From: Octopus sinensis
Lineage: Eukaryota
Direction: 5' to 3'
NCBI RefSeq assembly: GCF_006345805.1
Contig: NC_042997.1
Span: 190,526,001 to 190,590,000, forward strand
Length of the DNA stretch: 64,000 nucleotides
The notes below the pieces were generated by a model. The model did not search any database, was not told the origin of the DNA, and saw only the letters and a program-made list of their open reading frames with translations. How positions within the stretch are numbered: the stretch's first letter is position 1; every line of letters begins with the position of its first letter. Shown one piece after another: positions 36,330 through 49,899 of the stretch. A program made the translations under genes and the position numbers.

Positions 36330-37450
36330 TGTGGATAAAAATTACAAAAGAAACAATGTAACAACCAAGTTGCAATATAAAAAAGTGAATGAAATATGAA
36401 ATATGACGATGTCTCATTCTAATAACATAAGTCGACGATTCGCCTAGTTCGATGTTTTGCTTCAAGATTCAGGCAATTGGTCAAAACATGCCTGATCCTT
36501 TCTTTGCGATGGATTTCTGCATATAAGCATTGACAATCCACAGCTAGAAAAAGATGTTTATTGTGCACACTGTTTAAGGAAAATTTAACAGCCAATTGAA
36601 GCAGTTTGAGCTGTTTAAAGGATGTAGATGTACAAAAAATTCGAGAAAACCCCTGTACTAGATTGACTCGATTGCATTGACAATCGACACGGATTGTAGG
36701 TGAGGCAATGGCGTGCAACTTCTCATTAACTGCAGTGATTTTTTCCGCTCTCGACCAAGCGCTGTCATAGCACAGAGCAACATACAACAACATATAACAG
36801 TGTAGTTTTGCGATTTAAAAGATTTTTCACCTTCACATTCAAAAGATTCTTCTATGTTGCCTTTCAATTGACCAATGTAGTATTTAATCATCTTACATCC
36901 GTTGATTGTAAAACAGAGATCAAGGAAATTAGGTAGTAATTATTTTATAAACTTGTTTTTTATAAACTTTGTTAGCCATGGATACTGCAGATGTATTACT
37001 TTCAGACAGTTTATGTTTGACACTCCATATCGAAGAGGCCGGGACATGTAATTAGAACTTCTCGTAAATAGTCAAAGCATTGCTCTGTCCCGCAGCTACG
37101 AAACAAGAAAGCTTGACTAATTAAAATTATGCCTATGTAGTGGTTTTGATTTGACCGGAAATTGTCGACAGCACAAACCGGATGCTACATTTCCTGGTAT
37201 ACTCTAGGTTAGAACTCTACATATCTGAGATGTATTTGAGTGGATTCATTTCTTAAGCTGTTGATATTATCTGTAGGCTTAAGCCATTGAATCTGCTGCA
37301 CCGCATATGCCCAAACAATATCAGACACCACTATTAAGAACGTCTTATTTTCAGTGAAATGTTTTCAGATTCCTCGTCAGAGTGCAACATGGCTGCCTCT
37401 CCGCAGATTGTCACACATAGAAAACCTTGCTCACAATTCGTGCTTTCTAA
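36330..37450 (-). pseudogene. Decayed hAT (Tip100/ZMYM1-like) transposase
   Basis: CYDSAWSRAEKITAVNEKL..PTIRVDCQCNRVNLV resembles CYDGAS.MSG..GV.......A.YVHC..HRLNLV, followed by NSVHNKHLFLAV. Alignment is from memory. Confidence 0.55.
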
Positions 37451-38699
37451 ATATGTTGAATCAGAATACGTTAAGTCTATAACATCAAACGCTTCGAAAT
37501 CTGCCGAATTTTGGAATTGAAGAATGATTAATATTTTCTATTGTCGCAGTAATAAGTTATATATAATATAACTTATAAGTAATAAGTTATATTAATATTT
37601 TCTATTGTCGCAGTAATAAGTTATATACATAATATATCTATTACGTATCGGATTTCCAAAAACATAGGAAAAATTAGCAAGTTTATAAATATCTTTGTGC
37701 AAAAAATGACAAAATGTCTGCTAATGCGCAGCTTGACACAATATGAAAACAAACAGGACTATAACACCATTAAGAATAAACAAGCATTATTATCACATTA
37801 GGTTTTTAAATAAACAAACATTGTTTTTACAATGAGATAATTATATTTCCCAATCTCAAAATCTCTGAAGATTAATTCAACCTAGAAATGCAACATTTTG
37901 TTTATTATTAGTGAAAGTGGCTCGTGGAAAGACGACAAAATGAGTCGTCTCGTTAGACTTTGAGTGATTTCTACATATTCAAGATTCTATCACAATGAAG
38001 ACAGATTGAGTAAAAAGGAAAAGATTAGACAAAAAATATCATTAAACAGTGGTACACATAGACGGAGCTGAAAAGTATTTTGGTGGGGGAAGAGGTCTCA
38101 GGGGAACCGGAGCTCTTTGTTTGAAAATTTTGAAATTGTTCGAAAAATTCAAAAGAGCACAAAACAAATTTATGAAGGTAATTAATAATGTCATCAAGCT
38201 AAAACTATAATCCCAGTGCAACAAACAAAAATATTTCAAAACTGTTTGATCTTCAAATAATATTTGATGAAATGTTTTTATTCTTATATGTCGTAGTTAT
38301 ATTAAGGGAAAAAGTTCAAATATAAGCTCAGAACAGATGAGATTTCCTATTCTTCGTAAAGCCGAATATATTCTCTACTGTTAAAACTTGGGGCCTGAAG
38401 TAGGGTTTTCTTTTCTTTTTTTTTTCTCTCTTTGACACGCAGGATCCGAAAAATGACATCCATTTATTACAATCACGTCAAGATTTTAAGATACTGGTCC
38501 ACAGAATTTCATTATTTTTTCAATAATAGCGCTTATGAGGAATACAGTATGATATACAAACATACATAGAAATTCGCTTTTCTTCAAAACCAGAATGTTT
38601 TATTAAAATTCTACCGAAAAATTAGAAATTTTCAAATTACATCATTGCAAATGTCTAATTTCTCATGAATTTGCGTTTGAATGATTGCCTTGCATCCTG

Positions 38700-39360
38700 A
38701 CCTTCAGTGAGACGATGAAACAGATTTCAGCAATGGTCTGGCATCATATGCAAGTTACATCTGATTTGATTCCTGTATTGCATTGATTGTATGTCCGTGC
38801 ACGTCACTTGTGTCACCAAGATTTTCAGGTATTTTATCAAGTTGACTGTAGAGATACTGCAGATTTATGCTCATATTTGCGCCCAAACTTTGAATGTCCT
38901 CCAGTATGCTGTCGACTATTTCAGCATAGCTGGCTGATATCTTGTTACCCGGAGAGTAATTTACAACTATTATAAAATGAACTCCATGATGCAGCTTCAA
39001 TGAACAGCGCTGAACTTACAAAGTTCAATTTTTCAAAAACTATTAAATACTCCAGCTTTATTTTTCCACTGCTCAGATCGGAAAGCATGCCGCAAATATA
39101 GTGAAAGCGTTCTCCATCTTTATCCAGACCTTTAGCAGGCTGCTTCATAATGCCAAGTTTGATATGGCGTAGAGGGAGGATGATTTTTCCCTGTTGAACT
39201 AAAAGCAAGACCCTGGAACTAATATCTGCTGCAACCATTCTTTCATTACCTGATATTTTTCCTTGTTTCTGCTGTTTCCACATACATAAGTAGCATAGAT
39301 ATTTGGTGTTTCCACTTTGTAGCCCCAGGAGAAAATTGACCATCTTAAAGTTCATTGCAT
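38700..39360 (-). pseudogene. Decayed DNA transposase, probably Chapaev/CMC-related
   Basis: KMVNFLLGLQSGNTKYLCYLCMW, KIILPLRHIKLGIMKQ..K.LDKDG, AASWSSF, LGANMSINLQYLYSQLDKIPENLGDTSDVHG. Superfamily assignment is tentative. Confidence 0.65.
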
Positions 39361-40032
39361 ATCACCCACTGATGACTGTGTGGGCGGGGCGGTTAGGTAT
39401 CTTGAAATCTAGACGTGAAGATAAAAATGGATTCCCTTTTCGGATTCAGCATGTCTAAAAAAACCTTCAAATCAGGTGAAAACATTCTGACAACAAAATG
39501 CCTGTTGGGTTGTGGTGACCTTGGTAACATCGTCATCTACAACTTCATTTCCCTACTTCCATTCTATACACGTCAAAATTTCAAGATTCAAACCAGCTGT
39601 GTAGATAATTCTTCAATCTTTAGAGAGAATAAAAACAACGCTCAAAGGAGTTCAGCACGATGGAGCCCCGGGCCAAATTTCAACTGCCGATGTAACGAGA
39701 TGTCGTATGTTTATAGCATGTCATCTCTTTTTGAAAAGTTAACCACCACAATCATTCAACCTTCGATCAAGGATTTCACCAGTATTTTTTTTTCTTATAA
39801 ATAACCAGTATTTTTTCTAGAAAATTTAGCCTTTGTGAAATAAGGGGAAAAGATAACTGCAAACTCCCAGCCTTTTTGCTCATAGTAGGGAGTATATCAA
39901 AGTAAAATACAATATAAGTTAGAACGACAAAGGAGAGCTTAACTGGTAGAGAGAGAATACATATGGTAACTGTTTTGTTTACAATCGATCAAGAAAGCGT
40001 GAAATACGTTATCTGCATTCCAACAGAACAAG

Positions 40033-40092
40033 GCACGGCTTCGTTGCACGGCTTCGTTGCACGGCTTCGTTGCACGGCTTCGTTGCACGGCT
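40033..40092. repeat. 13-bp tandem repeat (gcacggcttcgtt) x4.6
   Basis: Read directly; GC/CpG-rich in AT-rich context. Confidence 0.95.
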
Positions 40093-40224
40093 AGAACACG
40101 ATGAAATGAGGCGCTAACACACACGGCAGAAGATTGAGTACTCATAGATAATAGCAATGGTAACTATATGATACATGAATGAGTTAGACAAGGCTGGTAG
40201 AGAAATTTCTGAAGGTAAAGGTTA

Positions 40225-40490
40225 AACCAAGTTGCAATATAAAAAAAAGTGAATGAAATATGAAATGTGACGATGTTTCATTCTAATAACATAAGTCGGC
40301 AATTCGGCTAATTCAATGTTTTGCCTCTAAACAAAACACAATGTCTTCAAGTTTCAGGCACTTGGCCGAAACATGTCTGATCCTTTCTTTGCCATGGATT
40401 TCTGGATATGAATATTGACCATCCACAGCTAGAAAAAGATGTTTATTGTGCACACTGTTTAAGGACAATTTTACAGCAATTTTACCCATA
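40225..40490 (-). pseudogene. Second diverged copy of the hAT fragment at 36365-36600
   Basis: Shared blocks aaccaagttgcaatataaaaaa.. and ccacagctagaaaaagatgtttattgtgcacactgtttaagga. Confidence 0.7.
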
Positions 40491-40743
40491 TTGTTCGTCG
40501 GTGCATAACGACGAGAAACTACAAAGTTAATGCACTTCAAGGTCGACAAAATAAGTACCAGTTGAATACTGGGGTCGATGTGATCGACTTACTCTCTTCG
40601 CCATACTTACTGGCCTTGTGCCAAAATCTGAAACCAATATTCATTACAGTAAAGCAACGTATTAAGTTCGTTCCAGGAATCTATCCAATATTGTTAGATT
40701 CTAAGTTCAAACTACAAAGTTAATCTCTTGTCTTTAATCTTTG

Positions 40744-40945
40744 TTTTAGTCATTAGAATGCAGCCATTCTGGGGCAAAATCTTGAAGAACTTTTAATCGA
40801 ATGAATCGACCCCAGTACTTATTTTTTAAGCCCTGGTACTTATTCTGTTGGTCACTTTTCTGCCGAACCGTTAAGTTATAGTCTCGTAAACAAACCAACA
40901 GCAGTTGTCAAGCGGTTGTAGCGAACAAAAACAGACACAAATACT
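40744..40945 (-). mobile_element. SINE 3' fragment (family A-related)
   Basis: gaccccagtacttat..gccgaaccgttaagtt..gttgtcaagcg. Confidence 0.7.
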
Positions 40946-40974
40946 CTCTCTCCTTTCTCTCGCTCTAGCCATGA

Positions 40975-41145
40975 TACCTTTTTCTATATTCTCTCCCTGT
41001 TTATTTCTGTGTTCCTTTCTGTCGAAGAGCGTAGGCTCGAAATGTAAAAGACTTTCTCACTTTCCGAGCGTTAAACTCATACATCAGTTTGTTGTTTACA
41101 CACCCGTCTTTTCTTGTTGTTTTTTTTTTTGTAAATTCTCACTAT
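40975..41145 (+). mobile_element. Short PLE-related repeat with minimal hammerhead variant (F8; 41015-41050)
   Basis: CTTT-CTGTCGA-a-GAGC gtag GCTC-GAAA-TGTA-AAAG. Its 3' part also occurs at 8224-8285. Confidence 0.55.
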
Positions 41146-41189
41146 GAAAAGCAACTCAACACTATTTAAAAGCAACTGCAGACATTGTA

Positions 41190-41400
41190 TGTGTGTCTGT
41201 GTTTGTCCTCTCCAACATCGCTTGACAACTGATGCTGGTGTGTTTACGCCCCCGTAACTTAGCGGTTCGGCAAAAGAGACCGATAGAATAAGCACTAGGC
41301 TTACAAAGAATAAATTTTGGGGTCGAATTGCTCGACTAAAGGCAGTGTTCCAGCATGGCCACAGTCAAATGACTTAAACAAGTAACAGAGTAAAAGAGTA
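41190..41400 (+). mobile_element. SINE family A, 3' half
   Basis: cttagcggttcggcaaaagagaccgatag..gtcaaatgact..aaaagagta. Confidence 0.85.
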
Positions 41401-41401
41401 A

Positions 41402-41540
41402 AGAATAACACATCTCACCAAGAAGCTGTACGGAGATATCCTTCCGGTTTCTACCATTATAAGAAAAAGGCACTTGCACTTTGCAGGACGTTGCTGGCGA
41501 GCTAAACAAGAGCTGACAATTGACCTGCTGTAATGGAGAT
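41402..41540 (+). pseudogene. RTE-type LINE RT C-terminal fragment
   Basis: KKLYGDILPVSTIIRKRHLHFAGRCWRAKQEL..LL*W. Confidence 0.65.
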
Positions 41541-41599
41541 TGATGATACGTGTGTTAATACGACTATAGGTGCTAATCATTAACAGAAACAGTTATGAA

Positions 41600-41950
41600 A
41601 CTATCACAGCTACAATCTGGCCTTTGAAATATTAGAATACAGAGTTCGAAAAGATATTACTTCCAAAATTTTAAGATTCCAGTTATGTATCTTCTGTCAC
41701 ATATCTGGTTCAATCCTTCATCAGATTCATATGAAACCACAGAAGAATATGTTGAATATCCTGCAAGTTTCTTGTAAGATCATGTTCTAAGAATGTTCGG
41801 TTAAGTTCTACTTTGTAAAGCACCTCAACACTATTTAAAAACAACTGCAGACATTGTATGTTATATTTTCGTTAATAACGGATTTTACATGTGGATAGAA
41901 CAAACAATATTTTAAGTGTTTCCTTCCACATATCCGATCCGATCTTTTAT
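41600..41950 (-). pseudogene. Possible decayed Penelope-like RT fragment
   Basis: EVISFRTLYSNISKARL resembles the PLE RT motif DFSTLYTxIPH; many stops. Confidence 0.4.
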
Positions 41951-42867
41951 GGTTGTTTCACTCTGAACGAATGGGTATGCATCTAAAGTTATCTTACGCG
42001 ATTTTGTTTCCGTTACAAAAACAAAAAAAAACTGATCCAAATAATTTCCAATTGAGTAACTTTCTTTTATCACTTCAAAGACTTCCTAAAATACCAAAGC
42101 CAGGTCAGGTGTTAGTCTTCGAAGAATACACATTGATTCAACGAGAATTCGTTACTGGAATTTCATTTGGCTCACCTGTCCATTTTCTGTAAAAATGATT
42201 TCGCTGAAGCACCATAAAATACCATGAAAATGACGCTTCTTAAAAGATGAGTTAATTTTATAACTTAAACACGCCATATTGTTATGTATCTTCACGTAAA
42301 TACTTCTCAAATTCTTTAGAGAAATTTCAACTAAATATGTTTTTTATATCTATTTCAATCTCTGACTGCTGTTTTTCTTTTCTTTATTATTTTCCTTCAA
42401 TAATGCTTTTCATTTATTTCACTGCTTTTTATTGTTGCTGTAGAGAAACGAATATTAATATATCTGTAGACATCTTGAAGGAAAGAAAGAATAATGTGAA
42501 ATTACTACTCAGTCATACGAAATTTCAGCTAGTCAAATCCTTGTAAGCTACACGTATATAAGTTACATTCTTACTCACCACATGCCTTTCAGTCTCATCT
42601 TTTCTTGCTCTCCATCTCTCTTTCTCTCTCTCGAACACAAACACACACACCACAGACACAGGCGGTTTATAATATATTTAATGATTAATAGCTAACCAAA
42701 TGTGTTTTACGATTTTTCTATGATAGTAACTCGCTAATTATTTCCATGCAAATAACTGTTATTCATTAATTTTCTTTAAATCTACATCCTTTCCTTAGAC
42801 GGTCTACAATTTTCCGCATCAAGCATTGTTTTCTGTATACATATATATACATATACATATATGCATA

Positions 42868-42925
<58 letters not shown>

Positions 42926-42929
42926 CGTA

Positions 42930-42960
<31 letters not shown>

Positions 42961-43003
42961 ATATATATATATATATATAATATATGTATGTATGTATGTA
43001 GTA

Positions 43004-43042
<39 letters not shown>

Positions 43043-44009
43043 TATATATATATTATATATATACATATATATATATATATGTATATCTATCTATGTATAT
43101 TTAATATAACATTTTTGTCTAAGTTTAGATTAATGTCTTTCTGTAACAGAAAATTTTTACATTACTCCACTCTTAATTATACGTTCTCAGAAACAATTTA
43201 CGTTATCTACATCAGTCTATGAATACGTACTGTTTTTCCTTTTTGACCTTCTAATTAATTAGCTTCACTTTTCTTTTCACTTTTATATTCTTATGTTTAT
43301 GCCTATATATATTTTTTATAATTGCTGTTGTACTTATCTCCATTTTATTGTTTCCTTGATAGCATTCATTTGTTCTGATAGGCATTGTTAACATGTCTGG
43401 ATTGCAAAGCATTCGGTTCTTTAATGTTTATGTTCAAACTTCTTGTCAGCAAAAACAACGACTTATATGACTTCGTGATCTCCAAACACACGTAGGATGC
43501 AACACAGTCCGTGTTGCTCTCAAACCTCTTCATCCGTTCCTCAAGAGGCATCTAATTTTTCGAAAACTTCACTTCACACATTAATATATTTAGCTATTTC
43601 TTCTACTATAAGAAGAGTCCCCCAGACAATGTATACTCAAAAACAATTCACGTAGGCATAGAGGGAAAAATAACGAAAGTTCACCCGGCATTTGATTACT
43701 TGTGGACGCGTTTCTGGGTTAGTTAGATATAGAGATGCTAGAAATACATCCCTATTCCAGTATTCCAGTAATTTTAAATTTGAGAGCACTAAAAATCGAA
43801 CATACCTATCTGATTCGAGTAACTTCAGACAAACCATCCTCGATATCCAGTACTAACGAATTCAAAACACATACTAAAGCGATGTATCTTTCCACAATCT
43901 GTTCTACTGTAAATAAAATTATTGCCGTTCCTCTGAACTCTCGATGATTTTCTGATTTCCTTCCCTCACCCCAGTCAGTATCTCTCTTTATATTTTAGAT
44001 TAAACTTCA

Positions 44010-44225
44010 GGCGGCCTAGCTGGCAGAATCGTTAGCACGCTGGGCAAAATGCTTAGCGGCATTTCGTCCGTTTTCACGTTCCGGGTTCAAATTCCGCCAA
44101 GTTCGACTTTGCTGTTTACCCGTTCAAGGTCGATAAAATAAGTACCAGTTGAATACTGGGGTAGATGTGATCGGCTTTACTCCCTTCGCCAAACTTACTG
44201 GCCTTGTGCCAAAATCTGAAACCAA
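44010..44225 (+). mobile_element. tRNA-derived SINE (family B variant)
   Basis: ggcggcctagctggcagaatcgttagcacgc..gggttcaaattccgcc. Confidence 0.85.
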
Positions 44226-44800
44226 TATTTATTACAGTAAAGCAGCGTACTAAATTCGTTTCAAGAATCTATCTAATGTTAGATTATAAGTTCAAATTCT
44301 GTCGAGTTAATTGTGCCTTTCATCCCAGCTAGATCGAGGATAAATAAAATATATAATCAGCAGGGGTTGACTCGTTAAACGGAATTTGAATGGAAGGCTA
44401 TCGTATACACAGGCACGCGTTCGTGTGCAAGCATATATGTATGTATATATGCTGCGACAAAATTTATCAACCTGCAAATCATGTCATCTAAATAATGCTC
44501 TGACGTATTGTTGATCGACAATTTAAAGTTAAAGTTGTCTTTTATGCGTAAAATTTAATATCTAAACCATCATAGATAATTTTACACACCATACATATAA
44601 CCACGCACGACACGCACACACACACCACACACCACATATCTATATATATATGCATGCATCAGTATGGCCGCAGCTATTAGTTGAAACTACGGGAAGAAAA
44701 ATAAATGTGTGTATGTAGTATTTATGTATGTATATAATATATATTTTCTTTTTTTCTAGTTTCATCAGCTCGAGCTGCGGCCATACTGATGCACCGCCGT

Positions 44801-44871
<71 letters not shown>

Positions 44872-44879
44872 ATCCAAAC

Positions 44880-45030
44880 ATGAAAGCATAAAGAGAAAAC
44901 ACAACAACGCGAGGACGTGGAACAAGTATAGTGTTATTGGACGCTCAGGAATGAAGGAAAGAAGGAGGGTCCAACATTTTTGAGCGGAGCTCTTCGTCAG
45001 GAACATAGGAAAACGAAAGATCTAAGGAAG
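44880..45030 (-). mobile_element. Second F7 copy with decayed minimal hammerhead (44970-45004)
   Basis: Minus strand reads GTTC-CTGACGA-a-GAGC tcc GCTC-AAAAATGTTG; homologous to 8700-8875. Confidence 0.6.
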
Positions 45031-45042
45031 GAAGACCGAGGA

Positions 45043-45084
<42 letters not shown>

Positions 45085-45904
45085 AGTTTCTTTTGCATAT
45101 TCGTAGTTTTGCATGTGTATGCAAATATAGTATTGGTATATTTTGTTCATTAGAAATTAAATAGATAAAGAATTTTGACATGTACGAATATCCCCCCCCA
45201 CTGTATATATATATATTGACGTCTTTATTACTGCTATTTTTAGCAGGCCAGATAAGCAGATAAGTAACACTCGGTTTGTTTGCATAGGTACATGATCGAA
45301 TTGTATTGAAGTAAAATTCGAAATAGAAAAACATAAACAGATAAAAAAAAGAGTAATCTTAATCCAATTCTGTATAGAACAATGCTGTTGTTTTATTAAC
45401 AATTCGCCTATTCGAATTCGTTTTTTTTTCTTCTAAAGAATCAGTAAAAACATATAATAATATAATATAAAGATATAAGAATATATATCTGTAACATAGC
45501 AATATGTTTCGAAATTTTTCTCCGGTATAAGCTAAATATATGTAAAGTAAAAATTGTTACAAAAATGACATAGGATTTCGGAACGTGTAAAAACAAGTAA
45601 AATACACCACGCAGTCACGTACATGCACACACACACACACACATACATACTCACACACTTGCCTCATGTGCTACAGAGAAAGCTTATGTATATATAGTAA
45701 ACTCATACACGTGTATATAAAACGTTTTGGCAGAAGAAAACATATCAGATTTTAAAGTATAATGGGACCGATTCGTTCAGCTCAATACATTCTTCAAATG
45801 CAGTATCCCAGTATGGGCGCAGTCTAATGACTTAAATTAGTAAACGATGAAAGGTAGAAAATGCACATTAATGCTCTTTACTCTTACTCTTTCTATCTTC
45901 CTGT

Positions 45905-45938
<34 letters not shown>

Positions 45939-46009
45939 ATTTCCTCTCTCTCTCTCTCTCACTATATGTATATATAAATATATGTAATAAATATATATAT
46001 ATCTTTGGA

Positions 46010-46307
46010 GAACTCCGTCGGTTACGGCGAGGAAAATCCCAGCGCGCTCGTGAAATTAACGTGCAAGTGACTGAGCACTCCACAGACACATATACCCTTA
46101 ACGTAGTTTTCAGGGAGATTCAACGTGACACAAAGTGTGACAAGGATGACCCTTTGAAATACAGATACAACTCATTTTTACCAGCTGAGTGGACTGGAGC
46201 AACGTGCAATACAGTGTCTTGCTCAAGGGCACAACGCGTCGCCGGGAATTGAACTCACGACCGTACGGACGTGAGCCGAATGCCCTAACCACTAAGCCAC
46301 GAACCTT

Positions 46308-46310
<3 letters not shown>
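46010..46310 (-). mobile_element. tRNA-derived SINE (D-type core, different tail)
   Basis: Head ggttcgtggcttagtggttaggg..gagttcaattccc and the gtccactcagctggtaaaaatgag core. Confidence 0.85.
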
Positions 46311-46345
<35 letters not shown>

Positions 46346-47853
46346 TATATATGTGTGTGTGTGTGTGCGCGCGCGCGTGTATGTGTGTGCGAAGGCGCGT
46401 GGCTTTTATTCATATATATATATATATATATATTGCCAGCTTCAAAACAATTAATAAGAGATATTCAACATCTTTGGTCGATTTTGTGATGTAAGATACG
46501 AGTATTTTTATTAATCACTACAGTTGATTCAACACATCTAGCATCGATCCCTTACGGGTGGGATACTTAACACCTGGTTCAGGTGTAACCGACGGTACAG
46601 AAGTGTTCTTGTACTCATCTGCTCGTACGGTCTGCTAGAAATTGTGTCATTAGTGAACCATTTATCTTAATTCTGAAATGTTAGTGATCTTTAATTTTTG
46701 ATGTGAAGTAAAGAACCATGACAAAAATGAAGAAAGTCTCCAGGTGCTAAACGTAGCAGCCATATTCCCTTAAGAAACTCCCCTTGATGTCTTATAAAAA
46801 GGAATGGTTTGTAGAACAATGCAGTCTTCAGTATACAAAAGGATGAGGCTCAAATGTTCATAGCTGGAATACGCTTGATCGTAGAAAAGTTTGACGAAGT
46901 CTAACTTGGGCCGAAAGACTAAAACACAACTGCATGAGTAACACAAGAGCATTCATTCCCTGGAATTTTATTGAACCTTTACCATAGATCCTTGAATTAT
47001 TAGAAACTAATGGTGTGACCAGCCAGCCAACCATCTTACCTCACACAAACACACACACAAAAAAAAAATAGCAAGAATCAAATAAATAACATAATGCAAT
47101 TCTCATGACCCAACGACCGGAAGTTGATATTATATCCTCTCGATCATTGGTTCTTTACATTCCAGAGTTAACATAATTATCGATTATAATTGCTTTAATC
47201 TTTATATACTTTTCTTATGAAGTTGCTGCTCAGCAGAAGCATAATTAATTATTAATGTGACACGTAAACACTTTTTATCACTATGCATGATTGCCTTCTA
47301 CACGTAAAAGCCGAAACTACTGCGATATTTGTTGTTGATGCTATTAAAATTCATTGTTCCTCGTATAGGGCATTGCTGGAGATATTTTTAATCAAGGCGT
47401 TATTGATGAAACCATTATTATTGTTATTGTTGTTGTTGTTGCCGTTGGTGTTACTGTTGCTGTTTTTGTTGTTCTTGTTATTAGCACAGAGACATTTATG
47501 GGGTTTTTCCGCCATCTTCAGGTTAATAATGATTTGAAAAATATTTTGGTCTCTTGCAGACTTCACTTAACTTTTCACGTTGACGTTGTTATTATTGTTC
47601 TCTATTTTTCCCCCATTGACTAGCAGCTAATTAAGATTATTCTCCTGTTCCTAAATACTATATACATATATTCATAGATACATTTATATATATATACATA
47701 TTATATATATATATATATATGCATACACTTGTATATGTATAAATATACATAAATACATACATATATACATATGTATATTTACATAAATGCATACTACTTT
47801 CTATGATCCATATCTATATACATATGTACACACAATTCCACACTTATACACGC

Positions 47854-47889
<36 letters not shown>

Positions 47890-48121
47890 CATATATGAAT
47901 ATATATGCATATATATATATGTATATATAAGCATATATATAAATATATATATGCAAATAAATATGTTTATATGATCCATATATATACGTACATACAAATA
48001 TGCAAATGTATATATGTGTGTGTGTGTGTACCTGTGTGTGGATCAAAATTATATAGCTAATTGTACATGTATGCCTGTTGTGTGCACGTGTACATACATG
48101 CACGCTGTCATACACAGACAC

Positions 48122-48169
<48 letters not shown>

Positions 48170-49194
48170 CACAAATACACACAAACATCCAAACACACAC
48201 ACACATATATTTTCATATCAATCATAGATTATGAACATCATATATATATATATACATTTGTTTAAGAGATACCCATGCTAAAGAAAGATGAAAATATTTA
48301 TTTCAGATAGCGTGTGAATGGATAAATTAGTTACATTAGAACCGTGAGTAAATAAATAGGTAATCAGCATGTATTATTAGAGACCCCACGTAAGATATTG
48401 GACTAATTTCATTATATATCTACATATATACATATATATATCTACATATATTATATATATATATATATATAGATATATATATTTATTTATATATACATAT
48501 GTATGTATATAGATATTGGTAGTGTGTAATATATATTTATATATATATATGTATATATCTATATTTTATATATAATGTATATATATATATATATTATATA
48601 TATATATATATATATATGTATATACAATATATTTTATATAATATGTATATAATATGTATATTATAATTTATATATATATGTATTGTATATAGATATATAT
48701 ATATATATATAGTATGTATATATTATGTATAATATATATATATATGCTATATATATAATTTATATATATATATATATTATTTTATATATATTTATTTATA
48801 TGTATATATATATATGTATATGTGTGTATGTATATATATATATATATATATAATATGTATGTATAATGTGTGTATGTATATATGTATAGGTATCTGCGTG
48901 TGTATGTATGTGTGTATGTAAAGATAATGTATGAATACATACCTAAAGTGTGTTTGAATGTCGCTTTGCCTCTATACGTGTGTGTATGTATGTGTGTTTT
49001 TTCGTGTGTGTGTCTGTTTGTGTATTTGTGTGTGTGTGTGTGTGTGTGTGAATATGTGTGTTCTATTTGCCGTATTAAGATTTTAGTAAAAGTTGATTTA
49101 AAATTCAGCAGTTTATGAAGACGCATAAGAGAATGTCTAGGTATTTAGCCAAAAGCTTGTGACCAACTTTATAGAAAACATGAAATATGGCAGC

Positions 49195-49195
<1 letters not shown>

Positions 49196-49280
<85 letters not shown>

Positions 49281-49317
49281 AAGAAGAAGAAGAAGAAGAA
49301 GAAAAATGATAATAATA

Positions 49318-49348
<31 letters not shown>

Positions 49349-49349
49349 A
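49196..49349. repeat. (AAT)n(AAG)n(AAT)n compound microsatellite
   Basis: Read directly. Confidence 0.95.
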
Positions 49350-49899
49350 CGCCCTGAGGCTGTATCAGGTTTGTTTTGTCTTAGTATAGAAGATAGGCTA
49401 CTGTAAATATTCTGCTCAATACCACAGACTTGTTTGTCAGTTGTTTGATCTTAACGGGTTGAGCAATGTCCTTTAGTGGCTGATAATATGTGCAGAAGTT
49501 TTGGAAGAGCATCATAGCCATATGTTGAGAGGAATTCTTTGGAGTTTGAATAATTTAACTCTGAAAACATGGGTGTTTCGTTCAACATCCATAAACAACC
49601 CATATTAAGAGACTTTTTGAGCGTGATGGGCTACTCGACCTGAAGAAAATTGTAACTGGTCCCCAGCTGAAGATCATGCCCTGTTTATCTTGATATGAGA
49701 TCACCTTGTCGCGCACATTTGGTTATGATGCAAGTATCTGGTGTACTCTTATCAGACGGATAGTCATGATGGGTATACTGGGCTTCGTATATTTTACCCC
49801 AGTGTCACTCTGATGGCATGCACTCCTCTGGTTTTGATAAAATAAAGTAGCAGCTAAGTACTAGTGTCAGTGGTGTGGACTAATTCCCTATCCCCGAAA

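Noticed and set aside
41824-41858. 35-nt micro-exon candidate (ag|CACCTC...GACATT|gtatgt)
   Set aside because: The sequence is duplicated at 41156 within repeat debris and overlaps a probable PLE relic on the other strand.
43366-43947. Short ORFs in unique-looking sequence (MPLEERMKRFES...)
   Set aside because: No recognisable motif or splice structure.
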